This document shows positions 39,627-51,095 of a DNA stretch of 64,000 bases, piece after piece. The DNA is taken from positions 575,891 to 639,890 of the forward strand of contig JAXGYC010000008.1 of assembly GCA_040772485.1 (NCBI GenBank), written 5' to 3'. The notes below the pieces were generated by a model. The model worked only from the letters and a program-made list of their open reading frames with translations. It was not told the origin of the DNA and did no database searches. The stretch is from Sedimentisphaerales bacterium. GTDB taxonomy: Bacteria > Planctomycetota > Phycisphaerae > Sedimentisphaerales > Anaerobacaceae. Made by a program: the position numbers and the translations under genes. Numbering within the stretch: position 1 is the first letter of the stretch; every line of letters begins with the position of its first letter.

Positions 39627-41252
39627 TCAGTACTGCCGCGTGGCTTCCGTCTCTTCCACCGGGCGTCCCAGCTCCTGCGTGTTCATCGTCACGCTGAAGC
39701 GGATATCGCCGGCGCGGAGAGCCTTGACGACCACGCGCCAAGTGGCCTTCTGCTTGGCCGGCAGAGTGCCCAACGGCGCGAAGCGAATCGTCCGGCCTTC
39801 CGCGGTGGCTCGCGTCGGACCGTCCGAGGAAACGTACTCCTGCGCATCTTCGAGCACGCAGGTAATCTGCACGTTGTGGTCCGTCGCCGAACCCTGGTTC
39901 GTGGCGGTGATGACATACGTCTCCTGCCCGCCCACCTCGATCGGGTCGGAGATATCGACCACTTCGAGCAGCACGGCGGCAATGCCCTCGACGCTGGTTC
40001 GCGCCGAGGCAGTCACGGCGTCCGCACAGGCGGCCACCGCCGTAACGGTGTTGACCTGCGGCTCCGCCGTCGCGGGTGTGTAGGTCACACTGAGCGTGCG
40101 CGAGGCGTTGATCGCCAGCGTGCCCACCTGCCAGACGACCTTGCCGCCGGAAACCGTGCCACCCGTGGAGGCCTGCACCTGCCGCACTCCCGCGGGCAGC
40201 GTGTCTTCGACGACGGTGTTGACCGCCGGAGCGTCACCCTTGTTCGTGACCGTGATCTGATAGGTCAGCGGACGGCCGAGGAACAGCCTCTCCGGCCCGG
40301 TCTTGGTGATGGCGAGCACGGGCTGGTGAACGATCGTCCGGGTTTCCGCCTCGGCCTTCAGGCCGCTGGCCGACGTGGCAACGGCTCTGTTGATGTACGT
40401 TCCCGTTCTGGCAGCCTTGAGGTTCACGGCGAACTTCTTGGACTGTCCGGCCGCGAGCGTCCCGGCGTCGACCGCGATCTGGTTCTTGCCGTCGGCTGTT
40501 TCCAGTCCGGGCGGCAGCGTATCGAGAACGCGCACGCCCTGGATGTCACCGGTGCCGCTGTTCGTGACAACGAAGCTGACCGGGATCGGATCGCACAGCA
40601 GCACTTCCGCCGGCGCCGTCTTGGTCAGCGCCAGTTTCGGCTCGACCACCTCGATGTTGGAGCAGGTCGGGACCACGAAGTCGACCGTCGCGCAGTGCCG
40701 CAGACACTCGGCGCTGGTGGCCATGCCCATGACCTTCATCTCGCGGCTGGCCTTCGGGTCCAGCGAGCCCAGCGCCCAGATGAGCTGGCCGTCAGTAGCG
40801 CTGGCCGGCGGGTTGGACCCCTGAAGACGGAAGTTCCCCGGCAGGCGCTCCTTCACAACGACCTCGCTGACCATCACGTCGCTGACGTTGGTGGCGCGGA
40901 TGGTGAACTCGAACGGCGCGTTCAAGGCGACCTGGGGCGGCGCCTGCACGTCCAGACGGACGGCTCCCTGCGCCGGGTACATCTGCGAGGCCACCGACGA
41001 GCCGCATCGACCGCCGGCGGAGGGCCGAGCGCCGGTAGAGTCCTGCGCCGTCAGCCGGGCGGGAGCGGGCGCGGGCGCCGGGGCCGTTTGCCGAGCGGGA
41101 GCGGGAGCAGGCGCCGGCGCCGGGGTCGGCTGCTGCGCGGTCGTGGTGCGCCGCGGCGGTCCTGTGACTCCGCCCGATGAACAGCCTGCCAGTAGCAGCG
41201 CTGCCACGAGCAACAATGTCAATAGCGATCGTATCGCCGTTCGTGATTCCAT
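39627..41252 (-). CDS. DUF11-repeat lipoprotein resembling chlamydial OmcB
   Basis: Lipobox LAG-C, (PA)n linker, repeated TN.G....V.V.DTLP domains with paired Cys, C-terminal VVDISDPIEVG..Y.I..TNQG and PVEETEAT. Confidence 0.8.
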   Translation of the reverse strand: MESRTAIRSLLTLLLVAALLLAGCSSGGVTGPPRRTTTAQQPTPAPAPAPAPARQTAPAPAPAPARLTAQDSTGARPSAGGRCGSSVASQMYPAQGAVRLDVQAPPQVALNAPFEFTIRATNVSDVMVSEVVVKERLPGNFRLQGSNPPASATDGQLIWALGSLDPKASREMKVMGMATSAECLRHCATVDFVVPTCSNIEVVEPKLALTKTAPAEVLLCDPIPVSFVVTNSGTGDIQGVRVLDTLPPGLETADGKNQIAVDAGTLAAGQSKKFAVNLKAARTGTYINRAVATSASGLKAEAETRTIVHQPVLAITKTGPERLFLGRPLTYQITVTNKGDAPAVNTVVEDTLPAGVRQVQASTGGTVSGGKVVWQVGTLAINASRTLSVTYTPATAEPQVNTVTAVAACADAVTASARTSVEGIAAVLLEVVDISDPIEVGGQETYVITATNQGSATDHNVQITCVLEDAQEYVSSDGPTRATAEGRTIRFAPLGTLPAKQKATWRVVVKALRAGDIRFSVTMNTQELGRPVEETEATRQY

Positions 41253-41606
41253 GTTTTTTCTCCTTTCCAAGCGCTGGGTCGCCGGCACAGTGCCGGCCTG
41301 AATGCCAAAGAACAGAAACGATATCCCCCGCACTCTGCTCACCGCCTGCGAAACACCTACGGAAACTCCGACGGTCCCCACTTGATGGTAGACTCGGTTC
41401 GTGCAGAAACGCTCTAAGGAAATTCCCCGATTTACTTCGGTATTTTGTCGCTGGCCGCGGCATGCGCAGTCATGGACGCCCCACGATCGATCGCAGGTCT
41501 TGGGCCCGGCTATGCAGACCCCGTCCTGCCAAAACCGCCGGTTCATTGTGGAAACTACGTATACCTTAAGAGGTATCGCGCACGCGACATGCCGCGCATC
41601 GGCGGC

Positions 41607-42854
41607 TCAGTCGATGAAGAGGGGCCGCAGGTGACGGTCGTAAATGTTCGTGGTGACCTGTTCGGCGATGGTCCGTTCATGCCGCTCCAGGGCGTCGAGG
41701 AATCGCGGGCCCATCTCGGCGGCGATCTTGTAGCCGACGTGGAGCAGTTGCCGGAAGTGGTGATTGTAGTACGCACAGAACGGGTCGTGACGCAGCGCTT
41801 GGGCGAATAGCGAGCCGTCCCAGTTGGCGACGATCCGCGGATCGGGCAGCCGGCTCTTGTCGATGTCGATGACGGTCGCGTAAGGGCCGCACAGCTCGTC
41901 CATGCGAGCCAGCGCCTGATTGTAGACCTCCTTGGCAATGGCCAGGCCATCGTCGCCGGCCAGCGCCAGCCCGATCAGCTCCTCCAGCCACGTCGTGCCG
42001 GCCGTCTTGACGTGCAGGCCCGCGTCGCACCGCTTCAGCGCGTTCTGAATCGGTTCGTAGATCGAGAACTTGTCGCTGCCGGAATGAATGCTGAGCTTGA
42101 GGTCCGCGGGCAGGCCGAACTCCCTGACCGCATACGCGATTACCGCAAGGTCCTGCTCGAACTCGGTTGCGAACGCCTCGAGGTCGCCCATGTAGTCGAC
42201 TCCTTTGTTGAATCGCCCGCTGAACTTCGGCGCCACCGTCCGGGCGGCAATCCCCTCATCGGCGACGGCCGCCAGGATCATGAGCAGCTCGACCGGCGTC
42301 TGCGGCGCATCTGTCTCGTCCATCGACACTTCCGTGATGAAGCGGCCGGCGCCCTTGCGCGCCTCGATGTGCCGATAGATCCGTCCGGCTTCCCTGACGG
42401 CGGCCAGATACTTCGCGGCGATCGCCTTCAGCCCGGTGGCCTCGATTCTCAAAGCCTTTGGGAGCCCGTCGATCTGGAGCGTGCCGATCAGCGACGCGTG
42501 TCGCGAAAGGAACGCATCGACTTCAGCCTGGGCCGCCGGTTGTCCGATCCAATCGGCGACGTCGAGGGTGAAGAAGTCGCTGGCTTCGATGAAGTGGTCC
42601 ACGTTGCGCAGACCGATGTGGTCGGCGTCGACGAAGTAGGGCCCGGCCCAGCCGCACGCCGCAACCGCCGCATCGGCCTCGCGACGCACGTCGGCAGGCT
42701 CGGTCCCGATGATGCTGTGTTCGCGGTGCGACTTGTTCCAGACCGGCGTCACGTCAACGCCGGCCTCCTTCGCCTTCTGCAGCGCCGCCAGTTGGGCCCG
42801 CCCCTGATGACCGAACCGATCCCCGATCCCGAACGAGTACTTTCCCAGCATCAT
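41607..42854 (-). CDS. uxaE: Tagaturonate/fructuronate epimerase
   Basis: SFGIGDRF, FVDADH, EVSMDET, SIHSGSDKFS and HVKTAGTTWLE. Confidence 0.88.
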   Translation of the reverse strand: MMLGKYSFGIGDRFGHQGRAQLAALQKAKEAGVDVTPVWNKSHREHSIIGTEPADVRREADAAVAACGWAGPYFVDADHIGLRNVDHFIEASDFFTLDVADWIGQPAAQAEVDAFLSRHASLIGTLQIDGLPKALRIEATGLKAIAAKYLAAVREAGRIYRHIEARKGAGRFITEVSMDETDAPQTPVELLMILAAVADEGIAARTVAPKFSGRFNKGVDYMGDLEAFATEFEQDLAVIAYAVREFGLPADLKLSIHSGSDKFSIYEPIQNALKRCDAGLHVKTAGTTWLEELIGLALAGDDGLAIAKEVYNQALARMDELCGPYATVIDIDKSRLPDPRIVANWDGSLFAQALRHDPFCAYYNHHFRQLLHVGYKIAAEMGPRFLDALERHERTIAEQVTTNIYDRHLRPLFID

Positions 42855-43078
42855 GGATCACCTCATAGAAGCCGTCGGTTTCCGTCATACCGGGCGCAGT
42901 GGCCAACGCCAGACGCCCGCGCCGCCGTCACGCCAAGCCCTCGGCAGGGCACATCATCCAATCCCGACCCACGCGAAGGCAATAAAAAAACCCCGCAGCG
43001 CATCCGTTCGCCACGGGGCAATGAAAAACGATGGAGACATCATGCTCGTTCGTTTTCTGAGAGACTGGTGAACCGACT

Positions 43079-43750
43079 CTACTGCTTCTTCTCCATGGTC
43101 ATCGGGGGCGCCTCCGGCGATTCCACAACGACTCCGAGCCTGCCCAGCGCGCCGGCGACGTCCGGCTGGCGGGGGTTCAACTCGAAACTCCGGCTCAGGT
43201 ACTGCCGGGCCTTCGCGGTGTCGTTCTTGCCCAGATAGTAGAAGCCCACCTGTTTGTTGACGTCATAGGAGTCCGGTCCGACCACCAGCGCCTGCCGGAA
43301 GCAGCGCAACGCGTGCTCGTCGAGACCGACCCTCTCAAATTCCCACGCCAGCCGCAACAACTCCTGATCGTTCGTCGAAATCTGCTGGATATAGGCCGAC
43401 GCATACTGCTCACCCTTGGCCTTCTGGCCCTGATCGATGAACAGCTTCACTACCCCGGCCTGGGCCGCCCGCAACGCCGGGTCGAACCCCAACGCCATGT
43501 TGTAGTGATATTCGGCCTTCGTCCACTGCCCGCTCTGCGCATACACCCGTCCCAATTCGTAATGCGCCTGGGGATTCTCAAACTTCTTCCCGATCTCCGC
43601 GAGCAACTCCCTCTCACCGCGTCCGGACGGAATCACACCGGTGGAATCAACGGAACTCTGCCTGGTGGTGGGCTGGCAACCCGCAACGAGGATCACAACC
43701 GAACAGACGAGCAAGAACACGAGCGAGCCTCTGGCCGCTGGCGTTCTCAT
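43079..43750 (-). CDS. TPR-repeat lipoprotein
   Basis: Lipobox VAG-C; TPR-like helices AHYELGRVY..A..Y..AL..DP. Confidence 0.8.
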   Translation of the reverse strand: MRTPAARGSLVFLLVCSVVILVAGCQPTTRQSSVDSTGVIPSGRGERELLAEIGKKFENPQAHYELGRVYAQSGQWTKAEYHYNMALGFDPALRAAQAGVVKLFIDQGQKAKGEQYASAYIQQISTNDQELLRLAWEFERVGLDEHALRCFRQALVVGPDSYDVNKQVGFYYLGKNDTAKARQYLSRSFELNPRQPDVAGALGRLGVVVESPEAPPMTMEKKQ

Positions 43751-44082
43751 GCTTCTGCGTTCCCTCGTCATCCAGCGTCTCCCTATCCTAACGGAGCCCA
43801 TCAAGCGGTAAATACCTCATCCTTCAACCGACGCACCGCATTTTGCCAACGGCGTTGACAGATTGCAAGCGAAAAAACAACACGCTTCCAATAAAGTCGC
43901 AGTTTTTTTCGCGACAGCGTGACATTCGCGCGCATCCATCGCGTGCTGCACATCGTTGTAATAAAATGGGCGCGCGAATCGACTTAGCTATAGTGGCAAG
44001 ATGGGCAGGTTCGGTATCTTGCCGCGCGCGAAACACCCGGGTGAATGTGCCCGAGTGGAAAGCAAGAGGTCGCTGTTTGCAA

Positions 44083-44607
44083 GTGCATAACTGGAACAGA
44101 ATTACTGAAGAGCACGCCTCGGCGGTTTGGCAGACCGCGTATCGTCTGCTGCACAATCAGGCCGACGCGGCGGACTGCCTGCAAGAAACGTTCCTGGCCG
44201 CCTTCGAATTGGCGCAGCGTCAGCGCGTGCGCAACATTCGCGGCCTGCTGCTGCGTCTGGCGACGACGCGAGCAATCGACCGCCTGCGCCAACGCACGTG
44301 GCGAGCGCGCCAGGAATCGGAGTGCGAAGACTGGCAGCAGCTCGCCAGCGCCGAACCGGGGCCCGACAGCGAAGCGCAATCGTGCGAATTGGCCGCCCGC
44401 TTGCGCGCCGCGATCGGCCAACTGCCGGCGCAGGAAGCCAAAGTGTTTTGCCTGCGGCACTTTAACGAGCTGAGTTACCGCCAGATTGCCAAAGAGCTTC
44501 AAATCACCACCGGCGCCGCGGGGGTGCTGCTGCACCGCGCCAAGACGAAACTGCGCGAGCTGCTGGCGCCGGTCGAGGAAGAAACGAGGTTGCCCTATGG
44601 AACATGA
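44083..44607 (+). CDS. ECF RNA polymerase sigma factor
   Basis: ADAADCLQETFL, RAIDRLR and LP..EAKVFCLRHFNELSYRQIA..LHRAK; start codon uncertain. Confidence 0.9.
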   Translation: MHNWNRITEEHASAVWQTAYRLLHNQADAADCLQETFLAAFELAQRQRVRNIRGLLLRLATTRAIDRLRQRTWRARQESECEDWQQLASAEPGPDSEAQSCELAARLRAAIGQLPAQEAKVFCLRHFNELSYRQIAKELQITTGAAGVLLHRAKTKLRELLAPVEEETRLPYGT

Positions 44608-45319
44608 AGACGACATTCTCCAACGCGCGATCGAGCAGTACCGCAACGAACCGATCCCTCCGCATCCGCCGCAAGCAGTGGTCGATGCGACGGTTGCGAA
44701 GCTGGCGGAAGCCGCCGCACGTACTGCGGACTCGCCACGCCACCGAAACACGCACGTCTTCCGGCTGACGACGAGATTTGCCGCCGCCGCAGCCGTGTTG
44801 ATCTTCGCCGGCTACGCCGTGGGCAGACTCTCGGCCCCTCGAACCCTCGACATCGAACAGTTGCGTCTGGCAATGGAGGCCTCGCTGGCCACCTCGATCG
44901 AGCCGACCGTGCGCCAAAGAGTGATCGAAGACCTCGGCCAGCAGTGGCAGGCGACGCTCGAAACGACGTATGTCGCGCTGCGAGAGGACCTTAGTGTACA
45001 GTACCGACAGGATCTGGCGCAGGTCGCCATCCAGACGCTGGCCGCTTCCAACGCCTACACCAATCGCCTGCTCGAAGATCTGATCCAGTCGATCAACGTC
45101 GCCGACGTGCAGAAACGCCAATGGTTTGCGGCCGGCCTGGAACAGATCGACACGGCGCGCCGCCAGGACAACACGCAGTTCGCCGATGCGCTGGTCAGCT
45201 TCGCCAGCGCCGTGGGCGGCGAATTCGAACGCACCAAACAAGACATGGTCAACCTGCTGGCCGACCCGCGCGGGGGTTCCGGCGCGCCCGATCCCCATGA
45301 TTCAACCACCAAAGACTAA
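44597..45319 (+). CDS. Putative membrane anti-sigma factor
   Basis: Overlaps the sigma gene; single TM segment FAAAAAVLIFAGYAVG; coiled-coil C-terminus. Confidence 0.65.
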   Translation: MEHEDDILQRAIEQYRNEPIPPHPPQAVVDATVAKLAEAAARTADSPRHRNTHVFRLTTRFAAAAAVLIFAGYAVGRLSAPRTLDIEQLRLAMEASLATSIEPTVRQRVIEDLGQQWQATLETTYVALREDLSVQYRQDLAQVAIQTLAASNAYTNRLLEDLIQSINVADVQKRQWFAAGLEQIDTARRQDNTQFADALVSFASAVGGEFERTKQDMVNLLADPRGGSGAPDPHDSTTKD

Positions 45320-45331
45320 AGGAGCAACGAA

Positions 45332-46345
45332 ATGAATCCGATTTGCCGAACGTTCAGCCTCGTCATCAGCGCCGTTGTTGTTCTGATCTCCACCGGCCGT
45401 GCCCAAGTGGCCTCCAGCGGCGTGGAGCAGAGCCCGAAGAGCGTCAGCATGAGTAGCCCGGCGGCGGTCGCCACAGACCGATTGCAGAGCGTGTTGCAAT
45501 TGCCCAACCTTGCCTCGACAAGCCGCTCGGCGGCGGTGTTCATCGTGCCGGCTCAGCCGATGACCACCGAAGAACTGACGAGCATCACAGAAGACGTCAA
45601 CGTGATGCGACGCATCTTCGAGAACAAGCTCCGGCAGGCGCATCTGCTGCCGCCGGGCGGCCCGTTATCCCTCTATGGGGGCGACGCTAACCCCGTGTTT
45701 TGGAGGACCGACCAAGACGCGGGCCAAACCATGTATCTCCAGGGCTACGGCGTCCTGTTCCTGATGGACGTCGACTATCCGCTCGCCCCGGGCCCGCAGG
45801 CCGAACCCAACGAAACACCCGAGCCCCAAGTCGAGGGAGATCCCGTTTGGGCCAGGACTCGCGAGGAAATCTATCAGCCGCGGGTGGCGCACAAGAAAGA
45901 CGCGTACGATGCAAGACCCAAATACAGCGCTGAAAAAGTCGAGAGCCTCAAGACGACGGTCCTCCAGACGCTCGTCCACGCCGCCAACATCCGCTGCCTG
46001 GCGCCGGAAGAATCCGTCATCGTAAGGCTGGCAGGCAGCCCCGAATCCGATGGCTTCGCCGGCGAGACGATCGCGATACCGGGAACAGGCCAGATCGTGG
46101 TCAAGACCAGCAACGATCATTTCCGTATCGTGCAAAGGTCTGTGACTGAGACGGCGCACACCGTGCTGACGATCCGGGCCAAAGCGGCCGACATCAAGGC
46201 TTGCGCCGAAGGGAAACTCAGCGACGAGCAGTTCCGGCAGCGCGTTCAGATTCTCTCGCAGCCGGTGCTCAGTGGGGCGGCCATGGATGCCGTGCCCACC
46301 TCGACGGGGGTGTCGATTGCTACGGACCGGCGCATCAGCCGCTGA
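45332..46345 (+). CDS. Secreted hypothetical protein in the ECF operon
   Basis: AAGGAG RBS, signal peptide and YLQGYGVLF motif. Confidence 0.7.
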   Translation: MNPICRTFSLVISAVVVLISTGRAQVASSGVEQSPKSVSMSSPAAVATDRLQSVLQLPNLASTSRSAAVFIVPAQPMTTEELTSITEDVNVMRRIFENKLRQAHLLPPGGPLSLYGGDANPVFWRTDQDAGQTMYLQGYGVLFLMDVDYPLAPGPQAEPNETPEPQVEGDPVWARTREEIYQPRVAHKKDAYDARPKYSAEKVESLKTTVLQTLVHAANIRCLAPEESVIVRLAGSPESDGFAGETIAIPGTGQIVVKTSNDHFRIVQRSVTETAHTVLTIRAKAADIKACAEGKLSDEQFRQRVQILSQPVLSGAAMDAVPTSTGVSIATDRRISR

Positions 46346-46363
46346 TCCACATCGACCGCCTGC

Positions 46364-46395
46364 GACGCCCGCGGCGCGACAGCGCCGTGGGCGTC
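46364..46395. terminator. Hairpin between convergent genes
   Basis: GACGCCCGCGGCGC-gaca-GCGCCGTGGGCGTC. Confidence 0.6.
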
Positions 46396-46403
46396 TTCGT
46401 TTC

Positions 46404-49314
<2,911 letters not shown>

Positions 49315-49342
49315 GTGACCCTCCTGGTCTCAGACCGTGTGG

Positions 49343-50452
49343 CTAACCAAGGTTGATGGGCATCAGGACGTACAGGAAGTCCGCGCCGCTCTTGATGAGC
49401 CCCGGCCGATCCGCCTGGCCCAGCTCCAGTTCAAACTCCGGCTCGCGAACGACCTTGAGCACGTCTATCAGGAAGACCGGATTGAAGCCGATGTCGATGG
49501 CCTCACCGCTATACTCCACCGGCATGCTGACCTCGGCCGCACCCGCCTCCGGCGAGCTGCCGGAAAAGACCACTGTGTTGGGTTTGACCGAGACCTTGAT
49601 CCCCTTGGACTCCTCGCTCGTCAGCAGCGATGCACGGCGCACGGCGCTTAGCGCGATCTCCGTAGAGAGCTTCAGCTTCTTGTCGTAGTCCGTCGGAATG
49701 ATGTCTTCGTATTTCGGGAAGTTCCCCTCCACCAGATTCGAGCTGATCACCACGTTCGCGCAGCGGATGAGGATCTGGTTGTCGACGAGCTTGACCGAAA
49801 CGCTCTCTTTTTCGCGTGGCGGAAGCTTTTCGAGCAGGCCCATCGTCTTGGCCGGAACGATAATCTTCTGGGTGGCCTTTTCGTCCTTCGGCGCTTTCTC
49901 CAGCGAAACGCGGCAGCGCGCCAGGCGCCGTCCATCGGTGGCCACCAACAGCAGCTTCTTGCCCTTGACCTCCCAGAGAACGCCGTTGATCGCGTACCGA
50001 CTGCTCTCCTTGGCGGTCGCGAACAGACACTGCTGGATCCCCGACTGCAACTGCTCCAGCGTGATCGTGATATCGACGTCCCCATCGTCGAGCGAAGGGA
50101 CCTTCGGGTACTGCTTCGGGTCCTGGCCATAGACCGTAAACCGGCTGTCCGCGCCGCGGATCTCGCAAGTGCTCTCCGCCGCATCAAGCACCAGGACATC
50201 TTCGGCGCTGGCCCGCACGATGTCGGCGAGGTGATTGGCCTCGACGACCACTTCCCCTTCGCGAGCGATCTCCACCTCGGAGACCAGGTAATTCAGGCCC
50301 ATTTCGAGGTTCGTAGCGCAGATGCGGACCTGCTTGCCGCTGGCAACGATGCGGACACACTTCAAGACGGGTTTCGGCGTCCGGCTCGGGACGACGGAAA
50401 TCACCAGTCCGAGGGCTTCGGCCAACGCGGAACGGTTGAATGTGACTCTCAT
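49343..50452 (-). CDS. dnaN: DNA polymerase III beta clamp
   Basis: RYAINGV, VATDGRRLA, EGNFPKY, IGFN and YVLMPI. Confidence 0.96.
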   Translation of the reverse strand: MRVTFNRSALAEALGLVISVVPSRTPKPVLKCVRIVASGKQVRICATNLEMGLNYLVSEVEIAREGEVVVEANHLADIVRASAEDVLVLDAAESTCEIRGADSRFTVYGQDPKQYPKVPSLDDGDVDITITLEQLQSGIQQCLFATAKESSRYAINGVLWEVKGKKLLLVATDGRRLARCRVSLEKAPKDEKATQKIIVPAKTMGLLEKLPPREKESVSVKLVDNQILIRCANVVISSNLVEGNFPKYEDIIPTDYDKKLKLSTEIALSAVRRASLLTSEESKGIKVSVKPNTVVFSGSSPEAGAAEVSMPVEYSGEAIDIGFNPVFLIDVLKVVREPEFELELGQADRPGLIKSGADFLYVLMPINLG

Positions 50453-50499
50453 GGCAGACCTCTGCGCTAAGGGTTCCTCAGGCTGCAAAGATGCAGCGG

Positions 50500-50940
50500 G
50501 GTATCACCAAAACAGCCCCACAGTTTAATCACTCCGCGCCGCGCGGACAATCCTTTTTCCGCGAAAAGCTCGACGGCGAGGCGTTTTGCAGAACCACACG
50601 GCTTGCACACCACTACAGACAGACCGCCACCGAATTGCACCCTTACAGGCGATCCCGTTGGACAACCGGCATGTGGACAGACAACTCAAATAAGAAGGAT
50701 AAGAAGGAAATAAGGTAGTAGTATTAGTCATATAGGCCGGCGGATTGTTAGTACTGGCAGAGGCAGTTTTATAAGCCCTTGTGACTTCGGGAGATGGCGA
50801 CACCGATGCCCGTCTTGTTCTTGTGGAAAAACTGTTACGTTGAGGGTGGGTGGACTTGACAATCCGGCCGCTTTTGAGTAATCAACAGCCTTGCGTGTCT
50901 GTTTCTAACAGGAAGAATCATAAGAAGTAACAGTCGACGC
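50500..50940. other. Probable replication origin (oriC)
   Basis: AT-rich intergenic region upstream of dnaN. DnaA-box variants TGTGGAAAA (50822-30) and TGTGGACAG (50672-80); DnaA-trio-like TAGTAGTATTAG (50716-27) next to a GC-rich GGCCGGCGG. Confidence 0.6.
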
Positions 50941-51095
50941 ATGGTCTCTGTAGAGCTTGGCAGAGTGTCTCCCGATTGGGGGGCCGGCGCTGGAGGACTG
51001 TGCGATTTGGGCGGCGTCCTGCGTCCGCGCCGATGGTCTGTAAAGCGGCCGGATCGAAAAGCGTCAGCGGCATACGAACATACGGATGGACAACG

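Noticed and set aside
35537..41389. Shared CCATCAAG-N1-2-GGGGACCG on the minus strand upstream of two secreted-protein genes
   Set aside because: Only two short instances at different spacings, so it cannot be distinguished from chance.
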